This document shows, in pieces, positions 22,406-22,406 of a stretch of DNA of 22,406 bases. Location of the stretch: contig JBIJBE010000085.1 in assembly GCA_044345405.1 (NCBI GenBank), positions 1 to 22,406 of the forward strand. The letters run 5' to 3'. The position numbers were made by a program, and so were the translations under genes. The stretch's first letter is position 1. Each line of letters opens with the position of its first letter. The stretch comes from Bdellovibrionota bacterium (GTDB lineage Bacteria > Bdellovibrionota_C > UBA2361 > OMII01). The notes beneath the pieces are model-generated. The model had not been told where the DNA came from, did not search any database, and was given only the letters and a program-made list of their open reading frames with translations.

Positions 22406-22406
22406 T
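22088..22406 (-). repeat. Exact 115-nt direct repeat, 204-nt (68-aa) offset, running into the window end
   Basis: 22088-22202 is identical to 22292-22406 (ggtttgcgtgaccgtaggtgttgtagtcggc...gttaccgtcggcgttgtt). Confidence 0.92.

Noticed and set aside
1-22406. Extreme G+T strand skew as a sign of an origin, telomere or structural DNA
   Set aside because: It is fully explained by the A/C-rich Thr, Pro and Ala codons on the minus strand.
1-22406. Promoters, terminators, RNA genes, IS ends or programmed frameshift sites
   Set aside because: There is no intergenic sequence, convincing hairpin with U-tract, terminal inverted repeat or frame change visible.

Overview
The whole window is the interior of one giant minus-strand coding sequence. 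Codons occupy positions 2..22405 (7,468 codons). I found no stop codon, and the gene start and end both lie outside the window, which probably explains why the ORF track missed it. The protein is an almost perfect (Thr/Ser-X)n alternation ([13 protein letters not shown]...). About half the residues are Thr, and X is mainly P, A, E, V, S, T, Q, N, I, G, R, H or M. I saw no Cys and almost no Lys. The 6-nt register holds wherever I checked across the 22.4 kb. The chain is built from zones, listed N to C (right to left): an Asn/Gln/Arg-rich, nearly acid-free zone, about 16 copies of a 56-aa unit, 224-aa units, four near-identical 192/186-aa units, a single SAAAGGA hinge, a degenerate Glu/Ser-rich zone, and 62-aa repeats. 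All Val-rich, Arg/Gly-rich and Asp/His-rich ORFs in the track are shadow frames of this gene. The best interpretation (inference) is a giant mucin-like, probably O-glycosylated, secreted or surface stalk protein of a microbe. No folded domain, signal peptide, anchor, RNA gene, mobile element or CRISPR array is visible. All counts were made by eye.
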